From Vicugna vicugna (taxonomy: Eukaryota): 24,594 bases of DNA. The notes beneath the pieces were generated by a model. That model made no database searches and had not been told where the DNA came from. It worked only from the letters and a program-made list of their open reading frames with translations. The DNA lies in assembly GCA_013265495.1 (NCBI GenBank), contig MU058000.1:3113905-3138498 (forward strand), given 5' to 3'. Of the stretch, positions 23,356 through 24,594 are shown piece after piece; position 1 is the stretch's first letter; every line of letters begins with the position of its first letter. Both the position numbers and the translations under genes were made by a program.

Positions 23356-24594
23356 GTTCTGAATCTGGTCTATTCAATTTCCAAAGGCATTTCATTTAGC
23401 TTCTAATGTGTATAGACTAGAAAGCCATCAGATTCTGCTAGGATTGCTAGTTCTATGAAATATTGTCCCTTGGCTTCACTGAAAGCCCTTTCCAGTTTAA
23501 AATGGGTCTGGCTTATGTCTTCCAGAACAAGACCAAATGGGTAAGATATTTGGCTAACAAAGATTCCCATTAAAGAGTGAGACAAATAGACACACAGCTA
23601 TCTAACAAATCAAACAATAGAATGTTTGCTGTAGAGGAAAATCACATAAACGTGATGATGGCAAATGATGCTAGTCTCAAAAAGACTTCCATAGTAACCA
23701 GTAATTTTAACATGAAACAGTGTTATACTGACATGTAATCGACGAGTTACTAATTCAAATTGCATACTTGGATGGATGTGATTAGCTGGTTTGATGATAG
23801 TCATGACCCTTGCATCACTCAGACTTTCTTGATCTCATGATATATCATCTATCAATCAGCTAAGAACAATTTTGTTTGTTTAATTTTGACCATTTCCTTC
23901 TACGGCTTTGAATGAACTATGAGATGTAAGGTACTCACTCTTTCTGATTTTCTATTCAGTCCTCGTAGCCCAGAGAACTTTCCTGGTCTTTGCTGGATTT
24001 ACTTACCAGGTACTTTACTCTGGTTATAAGAGGGTCTTGTTTTTTATCTTCTTGTTTGTTTATCTTTAATCTTGATACATTACCTTGAATTTTTAGAATA
24101 AAAAGCATCTGATTAGTTTTAATCTTTTTGCAGTTTTGAACTTTCTTGTTAAACCATTGTATTTTCTGTTCTAAGTTCCTTTTAGATCCGTATATAAAGT
24201 TATGACTTCAAAATAAAAGGTGCCCCAGAAATGCTTACAGATGAGTTAATCATTACTTTGCTGAAGCCATATAAATTATTAAGCATACATGGTGATGTGA
24301 AATAACAGATTAAAGGAAGAGTTTGGTCTTTCTGAGATAGTAAAATGTAATACAATGAAAGGTAGGAAATGTATTTTCTTTTTCCAGACTATATGATTGC
24401 AAGGTATGGTACTTCACTATTTCTTATCTGTTGAGAATTTTCCACTTCTATATTTCATCTAAATAATATCATAAAATAAATATGATCTTACTATTAAAAC
24501 AATGACCACTGGGGATTTGGTGGAGGCAAGGATTACTGTGTTTTAAGAGAAGCTACATGTCATAACATAACAGAAACACAGATTCTGGTCTGGT

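Noticed and set aside
23644..23736. Box C/D snoRNA (GTGATGA at 23652, CTGA at 23728)
   Set aside because: The only terminal pairing (acat/atgt) is out of the canonical kink-turn register, there is no convincing D'/C' pair, and I recognise no rRNA guide sequence.
191..23804. Six-frame ORFs of 60-127 aa as stand-alone genes
   Set aside because: Short, many with non-ATG starts, low-complexity or inside transposons; none resembles a known protein except L1 ORF2p fragments at 15613-16180.

Overview
AT-rich mammalian genomic DNA, most likely camelid: it carries three tRNA-derived SINEs with the GGGGAGGGTATAGCTCAG...AAATAAATAAACCTAATTACCTCCC structure I associate with camelid SINEs, plus cetartiodactyl-type L1 3' ends. 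It looks intronic or intergenic. I cannot identify any known protein-coding gene, and the supplied ORFs are short and mostly chance or repeat-derived. Well-supported content is transposon fossils (MER44/Tigger7, Tigger2-type, Tigger1-type, MER81, several L1s including one with a twin-priming inversion, MIRs) and simple repeats. The most interesting unexplained signal is a CpG-enriched, promoter-like block at about 18960-19600. It contains a minus-strand TATA-like box, an ATG and a signal-peptide-like 31-codon exon ending in a phase-1 donor, which could be the first exon of an unannotated small secreted peptide gene or lncRNA. That model is speculative. Repeat names come from recalled consensus sequences, not from a database search. 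Boundaries of old repeats are approximate.
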